A stretch of 64,000 nucleotides of DNA, from NCBI GenBank assembly GCA_038213805.1, contig JBBQSO010000016.1, positions 11,571 to 75,570 on the forward strand. The letters run 5' to 3'. Origin of the DNA: Planctomycetota bacterium. Its GTDB lineage: Bacteria; Planctomycetota; UBA11346. The notes beneath the pieces were generated by a model. That model was not told the DNA's origin, ran no database searches, and worked only from the letters and a program-made list of their open reading frames with translations. Positions within the stretch are counted from its first letter, which is position 1. The number at the start of each line of letters is the position of its first letter. Shown piece by piece: positions 40,101 to 48,640 of this stretch. A program made the position numbers and the translations under genes.

Positions 40101-40200
40101 CGGCTGCGGCCTGGGTTCGATGTTCGCTTCGGTGTTCGGGCTCGGCCTGCTGGCGTTGATGGCCTGGGCGCGGGGACGGGATGGCGTTACCAAGCGCTGA
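37174..40200 (+). CDS. Secreted subtilase (S8/S53-like) with bacterial Ig-like repeats and C-terminal anchor
   Basis: VGIISDS, DEGEAM (Glu at the His position), AYGND, FFGTSAA; Ig-like repeats (VTFTFSEAVTGF); tail GCGLG-TM-basic. Start uncertain (37174 or 37180). Confidence 0.85.
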   Translation: MGMSIFAGIVGRFRSFLVAPGESGRRWGRALLTCTLLLGAAIQVQAAETSPLLKLPARLRETLADPATQTTGIGRTLRSQVKATGHDDTIFLQLDVIVNDANLAAISATGASVTSTSVRWNAVSVEATADQIVALANLPAVAAVKVPRSPFHRAQPGTVVNQAGAVIHADDLTTTSNITGIGQTVGIISDSINFTTAVGTGTTTGSIAPFTLTGTLPQSRGDLPASIQIVEFGTNSVRDPATDEGEAMMEECFKLAPGATYAFGSCNKAGHDPSQQNMADTIADLASKSHCTIMADDIGFFDEPMFQDGPIAQAANTFVQNGGIYLSAYGNDGVQGIQTGYLDVSTTVDPHTGYPLSTGFFPTGNDFHDWGIGGATPGFLPLDITGPFTITLEWNQPFHSFGLGAGSQSNYDMYLFTNPVASKDNLVDAITPGLNASQSFTVSMENQGTIGSPAGDPLEIIQFQIAGGGPHHVFLAIDKVGGASGDLLRVVIHCNTLAFPSGGAGVQAMTGFGHPTAAGVLGIAAARFSTPNVPESFTSKGGIGGAGVPFFFNTTGGALAGAPQLRDKPELTAPDGVATSNSGFNPFFGTSAAVPNATAAAALTWSANPTLTNAQVTARMIATAKDIDGGAASTGNDAISGHGMVEAQRSAGVPVTNITATPSTGLVEAGNIDISVTFAFPVTATGTPRLALNTTPARFATFLSGSGTTALVFRYTITTGDASTHLDLANANALTFNGGTMTATSTGVTFTAGDPIMLLLPTPGATNSLGANTTIDVDTTGPVATIVGNPATKQTSDLTFDVTFAQAVTGLGTGSFTVTNGTVTSVTGSGASYVAHVTATAPGTVTLSIAANTVFDAGSLGNHAASGTATFDIVAPTLVITPTLNSVVTTTSVSVTFTFSEAVTGFAVGDITITNGTAGALTGSGAVYHMPVTAGSPGPLTITVLGGTVTDLANNASTTDATATVTVTEVPASSVHGCGLGSMFASVFGLGLLALMAWARGRDGVTKR

Positions 40201-40266
40201 AAAGCGCGTGCGCGCCGACAGGCTGGCGCGCACCGTCCTGACTTCGCCATGCCTGCGCCAATAAGA

Positions 40267-40296
40267 ACGGGACCGGATCGCATGATCCGGTCCCGT
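40267..40296. terminator. Hairpin between convergent genes (probable terminator)
   Basis: Perfect 13-bp stem ACGGGACCGGATC-gcat-GATCCGGTCCCGT. No clear U-tract. Confidence 0.65.
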
Positions 40297-40319
40297 CATT
40301 TCCACGCGGGTGTAGATGC

Positions 40320-41468
40320 CTACTGCTCGACGCGGTAGACCTTCCCTTCCTTCCAACCACTGCCCTCGAAGGTGGTGAGGTAGACCTCGCCATCGAGGTC
40401 CTCGCCGAACGACGTGATGTTCTTGCCGGGCTGGGCGAGCTGGTGGTTTTCGACCTGGTCGCCACTGCGCTTGAGACCCCAGATGCGCGTCGACTGGAAG
40501 TCGGCGTAGATGTAGACGCCTTCGAGCGCGGTGAAACGCTTGCCGCGGTACACGCAGCCGCCGGTGATCGACTGGCCGACGTCGTGCTTGTACTCCCAGA
40601 TCGGCTCGATGGCGCCGGGGACGGGCGGCTTGTTCTCGAAGGCGTGGTGCGCCTCGTGGTGGTTCCAGCCGTAGTTGCCACCCTTGGTGACGATGTCGAC
40701 CTCCTCCCAGATGTTCTGGCCGACGTCGCCCAGCCACAGCTCGCCGGTCTTGCGGTCGAAGCTCATGCGCCAGGGATTGCGCACTCCGTACGCGTAGATC
40801 TCGGGGAAGACCCCGGCCTTGCCGACGAAGGGGTTGTCCTTGGGGATGCCGTAGGGCTTGCCGTCCGCGGGATGGTCGGGGTCGATGCGCAGGATCTTGG
40901 CCAGGAAGGTGTCCATCTTCTGGCCATTGGCGTGCGGGTCGCCGCCGGCGCCGCCATCGCCCTTGCTGAGGTAGAGGAAGCCGTCCTTGCCAAACGCCAC
41001 GGTGCCGCCGTTGTGGTTGTCGTAGGGGTTCTCGACCTGGATCAGGATCTCTTCGCTGGCGGGATCGGCGTGCAGGTGGTCGGCCGTCGCCTTCATGCGC
41101 GACAGGGTGTTCTTCTTCGATCCGGCGGCGGTGTAATAGATGAAGAAGACGCCGTTGGTCTTGAAGTCGGGGTGGAAGGCGAATGACAGCAGGCCCTGTT
41201 CGTTGCTGGCGCTGTTGGTCTTGGCGGTCCAATCGAGGAATACGGTCTTGTCGGCATCGTCAGCGGCGAAGGTGACGAGGTGGCCGTGCTGTTCGAGCAC
41301 CACGTAGCGCGCCGTGCCGTCGGCCAGCTGGGTGAAGCCGACCGGGCGGTCGAAGGCAAGCTTGGGGAAGGCCGGGACCAGCTTGATGGCGTCGGCCGCG
41401 GTGAGCGGGGCGAAGCCGGCGCAGGCGGCGACCAGGGCGGCGGCGAGCGGGCGGAGGACGTGGCGCAT
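40320..41468 (-). CDS. PQQ-dependent glucose/sorbosone dehydrogenase family protein
   Basis: Signal peptide, EQGLLSFAFHPDF, NHNGG, GDGG, YGVRNPWR, DVGQ, SITGG, SFGED. Confidence 0.93.
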   Translation of the reverse strand: MRHVLRPLAAALVAACAGFAPLTAADAIKLVPAFPKLAFDRPVGFTQLADGTARYVVLEQHGHLVTFAADDADKTVFLDWTAKTNSASNEQGLLSFAFHPDFKTNGVFFIYYTAAGSKKNTLSRMKATADHLHADPASEEILIQVENPYDNHNGGTVAFGKDGFLYLSKGDGGAGGDPHANGQKMDTFLAKILRIDPDHPADGKPYGIPKDNPFVGKAGVFPEIYAYGVRNPWRMSFDRKTGELWLGDVGQNIWEEVDIVTKGGNYGWNHHEAHHAFENKPPVPGAIEPIWEYKHDVGQSITGGCVYRGKRFTALEGVYIYADFQSTRIWGLKRSGDQVENHQLAQPGKNITSFGEDLDGEVYLTTFEGSGWKEGKVYRVEQ

Positions 41469-41601
41469 CGGGTGGGCTCCAGGTGGGAAACGCTAGCTGG
41501 GTCTACGCTCGGCACCAGTCCAGCGTTGTCGGGGCGACGGGCGCTGGACACGCGCCAGCCCCACCCCAGCGTAGCGCCATGCCCGCCCCCGGTGACCCTC
41601 G

Positions 41602-43146
41602 ATGACTGGCGCCTTCCGGCCCTGGGACTGGGCGGTGTTCGCTGGTTATTTCGCCTTCCTGGTCGGCACCGGCGTGCTGCTGGCGCGGCGGCCCGGCGAC
41701 GCCAAGGACTACTTCATCGGGCACCGCCAGATGCCCTCTTGGGCGGTGGCGGTGTCGGTGTTGGCCTCGGCGTTGTCGGTGGCGACCTATCTGGGGGCGC
41801 CGCAGGAGGCATACGCGGGCGATCTGACTTACCTGCTCGCCAACGTCGGCACCATGCTCGCCGTGGTGGTAGTGGCCTATGCCTTCATCCCGGCTTTCTA
41901 CCGCCACGAGGTGGTGACGGTCTACCAGCTGCTGGGCGTGCGTTTCGGACCGCGCGCCGCGCAGGCGGCGAGCTGGACTTTCCTGGTCGGGCGCGCCCTG
42001 GCGAGCGGTGCGCGGCTGTTCATGGCGGCGATCCCGGCGGGCATGATCCTGACCGGGGACGGCGACGCTGTCGCGCCGGTGGTGGCCGGGATTCTGATCC
42101 TGACCGCGATCGGCATCGCCTACACCCTGGTCGGCGGCATCAGCAGCATCATCTGGACCGACGTCATCCAATTCCTGATCATGATCGGTGCGGTGGTCGC
42201 CGCGTTGGTGCTGCTGTGGTCGCGCATCCCGGCGGCGCCCGCCGACATCTGGCACGCGCTGTCCGAGCCGCGCACGGACGGCCCCGGCAAGCTCGCGCTG
42301 GTGTCGCTGTCGCTGGACCCGACGCGGGCCAACACGCTGTGGACCGCCCTCGGCGGCTACCTGCTGCTCAACCTCGCGGTCTACGGCACCGACCAGGATC
42401 TGGCGCAGCGCATGCTCACGTGCCGCAATGCGGTAGCGGGGGGACGTGCGGCCCTCGCCGCGATCGTGATGAACATTCCGGTGGTGCTGCTGTTCCTGGG
42501 CCTGGGTCTGCTGCTGTGGGTGTTCTACCAGCGGCCGGATCTGATGGGCGGGGCGGTACCAGCCTACCCCGTCCCGGGAGGGCAGAAGGTTTTCCTCACC
42601 TTCATCCTGCACGAGATGCCGCAGGGCATGGCCGGACTGATGATGGCGGGGCTGTTCGCGATCGCGCTGACCAGTCTGCTGTCGGCGCTCAATGCCATGG
42701 CTTCGGCCTTCATCACCGACTGCTATCGTGGGGCGGCGCCCGGTCGCGATGAGCGCCATTACCTGACGGCCAGCCGCTGGGCGGTTGCGGGTGCCGGCGT
42801 GGTGGTCGCCCTGGTGGCGATCGGCTGCATGGCCTGGGAGCGCCACAGCCACATGAACCTGCTGGCGCTCGCCTTCAGCGTCATGGTGCTGGCCTGTTCG
42901 GGGCTGCTCGGAGTGTTCCTGACGGCGCTGTTCACCCGGCGTGGCAATCAGACCAGCGCCATCGCTGCGCTGGTGATGGGCTTCGCGACCTGCGCAGCCC
43001 TGCAGTGGGCACCCTACGCGGAATTTTTCTGGCCGGGTGGTGGGCAGCTCGCCTGGCCGTGGATCATGGTGATCGGCACCGCGGCCGCCTTCGCCACCTG
43101 CTGCGCAGGCACCCCTTCCGCACGCACTCGTGAGACCAGACTGTGA
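41602..43146 (+). CDS. Sodium:solute symporter (SSS) family transporter
   Basis: DYFIGHRQMP, SALSVATYLGAP, GGISSIIWTDVIQF, GTDQDLAQRML; multi-TM. Confidence 0.93.
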   Translation: MTGAFRPWDWAVFAGYFAFLVGTGVLLARRPGDAKDYFIGHRQMPSWAVAVSVLASALSVATYLGAPQEAYAGDLTYLLANVGTMLAVVVVAYAFIPAFYRHEVVTVYQLLGVRFGPRAAQAASWTFLVGRALASGARLFMAAIPAGMILTGDGDAVAPVVAGILILTAIGIAYTLVGGISSIIWTDVIQFLIMIGAVVAALVLLWSRIPAAPADIWHALSEPRTDGPGKLALVSLSLDPTRANTLWTALGGYLLLNLAVYGTDQDLAQRMLTCRNAVAGGRAALAAIVMNIPVVLLFLGLGLLLWVFYQRPDLMGGAVPAYPVPGGQKVFLTFILHEMPQGMAGLMMAGLFAIALTSLLSALNAMASAFITDCYRGAAPGRDERHYLTASRWAVAGAGVVVALVAIGCMAWERHSHMNLLALAFSVMVLACSGLLGVFLTALFTRRGNQTSAIAALVMGFATCAALQWAPYAEFFWPGGGQLAWPWIMVIGTAAAFATCCAGTPSARTRETRL

Positions 43147-45047
43147 ACGACCTCCAGCATCTGCCGCCTCTGCTGCTGCCGGCTCCGCGCCTGCTCGTCG
43201 ACTCCCGCGACAGCGCCGGCTGGCTGACCGTGCCGGCGACGGTGCGCATCAACGGGTACCCGCCGTACATCGCGCTGGCCACGGCGATCCTCGCCGACCA
43301 CCTCCACCTGGCAGAGTCCACCCTCGCCGACTTCGGGCCGCTGTGCGTCGACGGGGATCCGCCCGAGCCCGCGCTCAGCGGCGGCGAGGCCTACCGCCTG
43401 CGCATCGACGCGCGGCGCATCCACCTCGCTGCGCACAGCGAGGCCGGCATGCGTCATGGGCTGCGTACGCTGGCGCAACTGATCATCCAGTACGGCCGCC
43501 GCCGCCTGCCGTGCGTGCTGATCGAAGATGCACCGGTATTCGCGGTGCGCGGCGTGATGCTGGACGTCAGCCGCGACCGCGTGCCGACCATGGCGCACCT
43601 GCTCGAGACCGTCGATCAGCTCGCCAGGTGGAAGATCAACCACCTCCAGCTTTATACTGAGCACACCTTCGCCTACGCTGGCCACGAGGAGGTGTGGCGT
43701 GGCGCCTCGCCGTTGACCGCGGATGAGATGCTCACCCTCGACGTGCACTGCCGCGCGCACGGCATCGAGTTGGCCGCGAACCAGAACTGCTTCGGCCACC
43801 TGGCCGCGTGGCTGAAGCATCCGCGCTACGCGCCGCTGGGTGAGATCGCCCCGGACGCGGAGTGGGACTTCAACGGTCTGGTGATGCGACGCGGTCCGTT
43901 CAGCCTGTGCCCGAGTGACCCGCGCGCGCTGGCGCTGGTCGAGGATCTGCTCGACCAGCTGCTGCCGACCGTCGCTGGGCCGCTGGTGAACATCGGTTGC
44001 GACGAGACCTTCGACGTCGGGCAGGGCCGTTCCAAGGACGCCGTCGCCAGCCGCGGGCGCGCTGCCGTCTATCTGGAATTCGTGCGCGCGATCTGCGCCG
44101 TGGTGCGCCGCCACGGCAAGCGCCCGATGTTCTGGGCCGACATCGCGCTGGAACACCCCGAGGCGCTCGCCGAGCTGCCCGCGGACCTCATCGGCCTGGC
44201 CTGGGGCTATGAGCCCGATGCGCCCTTCGCACGCTGGTGCCAGCAGCTGCGTGCGGCCGGGCGCGAGGTGTGGGTATGCCCCGGCACCTCGTGCTGGCGC
44301 GCGATCACCGGCCGCACCCGCGAGCGGCGCGCCAATCTGCTCGCCGCCGCGCGTGACGGCGCGGCGCACGGCGCGACCGGCTATCTCGCTACCGCCTGGG
44401 GTGACGTCGGCCACCGTCAGCAATGGCCGATCACCCTGCACGCCCTCGCCGAAGCAGCGCACCGCGCGTGGAGCGGCAGTGCGGAGTACGATGTCCGCGC
44501 CGGGTCGCTGCACGCTTTTTCCGACCGTACCCTGATGGTCGGCGCCTGGCTCGACGAGCTCGGCGATGTCGACGCCGGCCTGCGCGCCATCGCCGGCAAG
44601 CCGCAGGCCGACGGCCAGCCCCGCGCGCTGCGCAACGCCAGCGCGCTCTTCACCGACACCCAGAAGCCGCTCGCGGAACCCTGGAAGGGCTCGCGCGGCG
44701 ACTGGGAAGAGGTCGCCGAGCGCCTCGAGGGCCTGGCCGCACGCCAGCCCCAGCTGCCCTCGAACCTGCACAACCAGGAGCTGCTGTTCTCCTGCCTCGA
44801 TGCCAGCTTCGCCGCAACCCGCGCCTTCCTGCGGCGCTTCTCGCAACCGGTGATGATGGAAGGACTGCTGCCCGAGCTGCGCCTGTTCGCCGAGGCCGAC
44901 CTGCCCCTCTACCGTTACCTGTGGCGCCAACGTTCCCGTCCCGGCGGCCTGGCCGCGAGCTGCGCGCATTACCGCGCCCTGCTCACCGAACTCGGCCCGC
45001 TCGACGAGCTCGACCTGCTCGATGCGGTGGACGACCCGGCGAGCTGA
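43143..45047 (+). CDS. Glycoside hydrolase family 20 (beta-N-acetylhexosaminidase)
   Basis: IEDAP..RGVMLDVSR, KINHLQLY, FGHL, NIGCDE catalytic pair, MFWAD. No signal peptide seen. Confidence 0.9.
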   Translation: MNDLQHLPPLLLPAPRLLVDSRDSAGWLTVPATVRINGYPPYIALATAILADHLHLAESTLADFGPLCVDGDPPEPALSGGEAYRLRIDARRIHLAAHSEAGMRHGLRTLAQLIIQYGRRRLPCVLIEDAPVFAVRGVMLDVSRDRVPTMAHLLETVDQLARWKINHLQLYTEHTFAYAGHEEVWRGASPLTADEMLTLDVHCRAHGIELAANQNCFGHLAAWLKHPRYAPLGEIAPDAEWDFNGLVMRRGPFSLCPSDPRALALVEDLLDQLLPTVAGPLVNIGCDETFDVGQGRSKDAVASRGRAAVYLEFVRAICAVVRRHGKRPMFWADIALEHPEALAELPADLIGLAWGYEPDAPFARWCQQLRAAGREVWVCPGTSCWRAITGRTRERRANLLAAARDGAAHGATGYLATAWGDVGHRQQWPITLHALAEAAHRAWSGSAEYDVRAGSLHAFSDRTLMVGAWLDELGDVDAGLRAIAGKPQADGQPRALRNASALFTDTQKPLAEPWKGSRGDWEEVAERLEGLAARQPQLPSNLHNQELLFSCLDASFAATRAFLRRFSQPVMMEGLLPELRLFAEADLPLYRYLWRQRSRPGGLAASCAHYRALLTELGPLDELDLLDAVDDPAS

Positions 45048-45069
45048 CCCCCTCCCACCGGGATCCCAC

Positions 45070-45112
45070 CTTCGAGCTTCGAGCTTCGAGTCTCGCAGCT
45101 CGCAGCTCGCAA
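45070..45112. repeat. Compound heptamer array (CTTCGAG) x3 plus (CTCGCAG/A) x3
   Basis: Read directly from the GH20-anmK intergenic region. Confidence 0.88.
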
Positions 45113-45284
45113 CTCGGCGCTGACGCCTCGCTTCCAGACTCTCGCGCCGAGCGGCCCCAGCCTCGCGCCTGGCTCTTCGCGCCGCGCGCGACCCCACAAA
45201 CGCCCATTCCCCCCGCACAATCCCCCCCTAAGCCTTCCCCCCACGCCACCGCGCGGCCTGCGCCCCGGCCTGCCCAGGAATCCC

Positions 45285-46454
45285 ATGCCCCGCGCCTCGT
45301 TCACCCAGCTCTCGAAGCCGTCCGACACATTCGACCGCGCCAACCCCGAGCATGCCCGCCAGACCCGTTCCGCACGCCGCCACCACGGCACGCGCTACGT
45401 CGTCGGCTGCATGACCGGCACCAGCATCGACGCGCTCGACGGCGCCCTGGTGGCGATCGATGGCACCGGGATGGAGATGCGCCTTGAGCTGCTCGGCCAG
45501 GTGACGTGGCCGCTCGGCGCCCTGGCCGAGCCGCTGCGCCGTCTCGCCAACCAGGAACCGATGAGCGCACGCGACATCGCCACCCTGGCCCGCGACTTCG
45601 CCCTGCTGCACTGCGACGCCATCGACGAGCTGAAGGGGCGCAGCGAGCTGAGCCTGATCGCGGTGCACGGGCAGACCGTGTTCCATGCCCCGCCGGTGAG
45701 CTGGCAGCTGTTCAATCCCGCGCCGCTGGCGGCGCGCTTCAAAGTGCCGGTGGTCTCTGATCTGCGCGGCGCCGATCTCGCCGCCGGCGGCGAGGGCGCG
45801 CCGATCACGCCGCTCGCCGACTATCTGATCTTCCGCCACCCGCGCGAGCGCCGCACCATCGTCAACCTCGGCGGCTTCTGCAACATCACCCGCCTGCCCG
45901 CAGGCGAGGGCCTCAGCGGCCTGACCGGCGCGGATATCTGCGCCTGCAACCAGGTGCTTGATGCAATCGCGCGGCGCGTGCTGGACTGTTCCTACGACCG
46001 CGATGGGCAGCGCGCGCTGGCGGGCACCGCCAAGACCCGGCCCGCGGCGGCGCTCGCGACCATGCTTGAGGCGCAGGCCAAGTCCAAGCGCAGCCTGGGC
46101 ACCGGCGATGAGCTCGGCGCGTGGATCGACAAGCACCAGGTGCTGTCGCCCGAAGATCTCGCGCGCACCGCTTGCGCGGCCATCGCCCAGATCATCGTCC
46201 GCCACATCGGCCAGGCCGACCGCATCATCCTGGCCGGCGGCGGCATCCGCAACCGCGCCCTGCTCACCGAGCTCAGGAACCAGACGCACATCCCGCTCAT
46301 CATCAGCGACGAGGCCAATGTGCCCGCCTCGCTGCGCGAGGCCATGGCCATCGCCGTGCTCGGCGCGCTCTGCCAGGACCGCGTCCCGATCACCATCCCG
46401 CGCATCACCGGGGTCGAGCGGGCGCCGGTGGCGGGGATGTGGGTGCTGCCTTAA
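45285..46454 (+). CDS. anmK: Anhydro-N-acetylmuramic acid kinase
   Basis: GCMTGTSID, HGQTVFH, DLAAGGEGAP, NLGG..NIT, GGGIRN, REAMAIA. Confidence 0.93.
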   Translation: MPRASFTQLSKPSDTFDRANPEHARQTRSARRHHGTRYVVGCMTGTSIDALDGALVAIDGTGMEMRLELLGQVTWPLGALAEPLRRLANQEPMSARDIATLARDFALLHCDAIDELKGRSELSLIAVHGQTVFHAPPVSWQLFNPAPLAARFKVPVVSDLRGADLAAGGEGAPITPLADYLIFRHPRERRTIVNLGGFCNITRLPAGEGLSGLTGADICACNQVLDAIARRVLDCSYDRDGQRALAGTAKTRPAAALATMLEAQAKSKRSLGTGDELGAWIDKHQVLSPEDLARTACAAIAQIIVRHIGQADRIILAGGGIRNRALLTELRNQTHIPLIISDEANVPASLREAMAIAVLGALCQDRVPITIPRITGVERAPVAGMWVLP

Positions 46455-46463
46455 AACAGGAGG

Positions 46464-46604
46464 CCCTAGACCCTAGACCCTAGACCCTAGACCCTAGACC
46501 CTAGACCCTAGGTAGTGGCTCGGGAGTCTTTGACTGAGATCATAGGTCCACCTCATTTTCGCACAGCGATCTTCGCAAAACGATCTAGGGTCTAGGGCAT
46601 AGGT
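46464..46604. repeat. Heptamer array (CCCTAGA) x6 plus a partial unit, with inverted (TCTAGGG) x2 arm
   Basis: Left arm 46464-46511; right arm 46584-46597 followed by degenerate cataggt. Confidence 0.93.
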
Positions 46605-46662
46605 TCTGGGCCCTCAGAGTCGCGCAGGCGATGGACGAACCCCTCAAGCCGCCGATCATGGG

Positions 46663-47580
46663 ATGTCCATGGAACTCCCCCCCGACCGCTCCCACATCCT
46701 GACCGAGGCCCGCAATACGGGCAGCACCGGACTGCACCGGTTGTCGGCGGCGGAGTGCGTGCGGCTGATGAACCGCGAGAACGCGGCGGTGCTGGCGGCG
46801 ATGGAGCAGGCCGAGGCCGCTCTGACAGCGTTCATCACCGCCGCGGAGCCGGGCTTCATCGCCGGCGGGCGGCTGATCTACCTGGGCGCGGGCACCTCGG
46901 GACGGCTCGGCGTGCTCGACGCGTCAGAGGCGCCACCGACCTTCCAGGTCGAACCGGGGCGCGTGGTCGGAATCATCGCTGGCGGCGACGCGTCGCTGCG
47001 CCGTTCCAGCGAGAGCCGCGAGGACGAGATCCAGGGCGCGTGGGACGAGCTCACTGCGCTACACCTGGGCCGCCACGACACGGTCATCGGCATCGCGGCC
47101 GGTGGCACCACGCCGTATGCACTCGGCGCCCTGACCTTCGCCAAGACTCAGGCTGCAGAGGCGCCGCTGACCGCCTTCATCTCTTGCACGCCGGTAGTGC
47201 GTCCGGAGCACGCCGACCATCTCATCGTGCTGGCCAGTGGTCCCGAGGTGCTGACCGGTTCGACCCGGCTCAAGGCGGGGACGGTCACCAAGCTCGCGCT
47301 CAACACCATCTCGACCACGCTGATGGTGCGCGCCGGCAAGGCCTACGGCAACCTGATGGTCGATGTGCGCGCGACCAACGCCAAGCTGCGCGACCGCGCC
47401 GCGCGCATCGTCGCCGAACTGACCGGTCGCGACCGCGCCGCCGCCTTCGCCCTGCTCGACGCCGCCGGCGGGACCGTGAAGACAGCGGTGGTCATGGCCC
47501 GCTGCGCCCTCGACCGTCCCAGCGCCGAAGCCCGCCTCGCCGCCCACGCCGGCCGGCTCGATCGCGTGCTGGACGGCTGA
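46663..47580 (+). CDS. murQ: N-acetylmuramic acid 6-phosphate etherase
   Basis: GAGTSGRLGVLDASE.PPTF, GPEVLTGSTRLKAGT, YGNLMVDVRATNAKL. Confidence 0.96.
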   Translation: MSMELPPDRSHILTEARNTGSTGLHRLSAAECVRLMNRENAAVLAAMEQAEAALTAFITAAEPGFIAGGRLIYLGAGTSGRLGVLDASEAPPTFQVEPGRVVGIIAGGDASLRRSSESREDEIQGAWDELTALHLGRHDTVIGIAAGGTTPYALGALTFAKTQAAEAPLTAFISCTPVVRPEHADHLIVLASGPEVLTGSTRLKAGTVTKLALNTISTTLMVRAGKAYGNLMVDVRATNAKLRDRAARIVAELTGRDRAAAFALLDAAGGTVKTAVVMARCALDRPSAEARLAAHAGRLDRVLDG

Positions 47581-47814
47581 TTCCGGGGGTCGCTACCCGA
47601 CGCGGCAGCGTTGCCCGCGCGTCTTGCCAAACGCATGGTCCCAGGGCCGCACCGGGTCGTCTCCCGTCATGCCCGTCGCCTCAGCCCGCTGGCAACTCGC
47701 CTGTCGCGACTCGCCGGCTGTACCTCGTGCCTCCTCCACGCGCCCCCGCCGCCCCGACCCGCCCTTGGACGGGCACCGGGCCACAGTTACGCTCGCCAGC
47801 CCCTGGGAGCCCGC

Positions 47815-48549
47815 ATGCAGCGCCTCATCCCCGCCTTCACCCTGTTCGCGATCGTCACCGGCGGTGCCGTGACGGCCACCGCCGCAGAGGACCTGCCGAG
47901 CATCCACGACCTGTTCGTGGGCGTGCTGGTGACGCCCGTCCCGAAGATCCACGAAGAGACCCATGACAGCGCCAATACGGCGATCGCCACCGACTGGCGC
48001 GACCAGGACAGCAACGGTTTCGGCGTCAGCGTGGTCAGTCTCAATTGCAGCATGACCCATGACTGGGGCGGCATCATGTGGGGCGGCGAACTGGTCACCA
48101 CCAAGGCGGACATCACCGCCGGCACGCTGCTGGAATCCGGCAGTCTGCCCGCCTACCGCAACCCGTCGACCGAACGCATGCAGTATCAGACCCTGGGCGC
48201 CAATCTGCTGGTCGGATACGAATATGGAATCGCGGCGCTGGAGGAGGACGAGTTCGGCGGCTGGGTCGAGGTCCTCGCGGTGCTCGGTGGCGGCGGCGTG
48301 CGCGCGGACTCCGAAGACCGCTTGAACCACACCGTCGTGCAGCGTAAGGGCGGCAACGGCGTTTATTACAACTACGGTCTGCGCGTCGCCGGTTTCCTCA
48401 CCGAGCGGCGCTGGATCTTCGGCGCCTCGGTCGAGTGGCTGGCCGGCACCGCGCAAGTCGACATCGACTACGGCGGCGCGGCGAGCACGAAGATGACCAT
48501 CGATCAGAACGGGCTGGGATTCGCGTTCCTGGCGGGCTACCGGTTCTGA
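47815..48549 (+). CDS. Putative outer-membrane beta-barrel protein
   Basis: Signal peptide, amphipathic strands, C-terminal FLAGYRF. Confidence 0.7.
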   Translation: MQRLIPAFTLFAIVTGGAVTATAAEDLPSIHDLFVGVLVTPVPKIHEETHDSANTAIATDWRDQDSNGFGVSVVSLNCSMTHDWGGIMWGGELVTTKADITAGTLLESGSLPAYRNPSTERMQYQTLGANLLVGYEYGIAALEEDEFGGWVEVLAVLGGGGVRADSEDRLNHTVVQRKGGNGVYYNYGLRVAGFLTERRWIFGASVEWLAGTAQVDIDYGGAASTKMTIDQNGLGFAFLAGYRF

Positions 48550-48640
48550 GGGACGGGGCCCGCGTGGGTCAGGCTGACCGGACAGCAGGCGCCGAACTCG
48601 CGCCCATCCGAAGCCCGCGGCACGGCGGGCCGGTTCTGGA

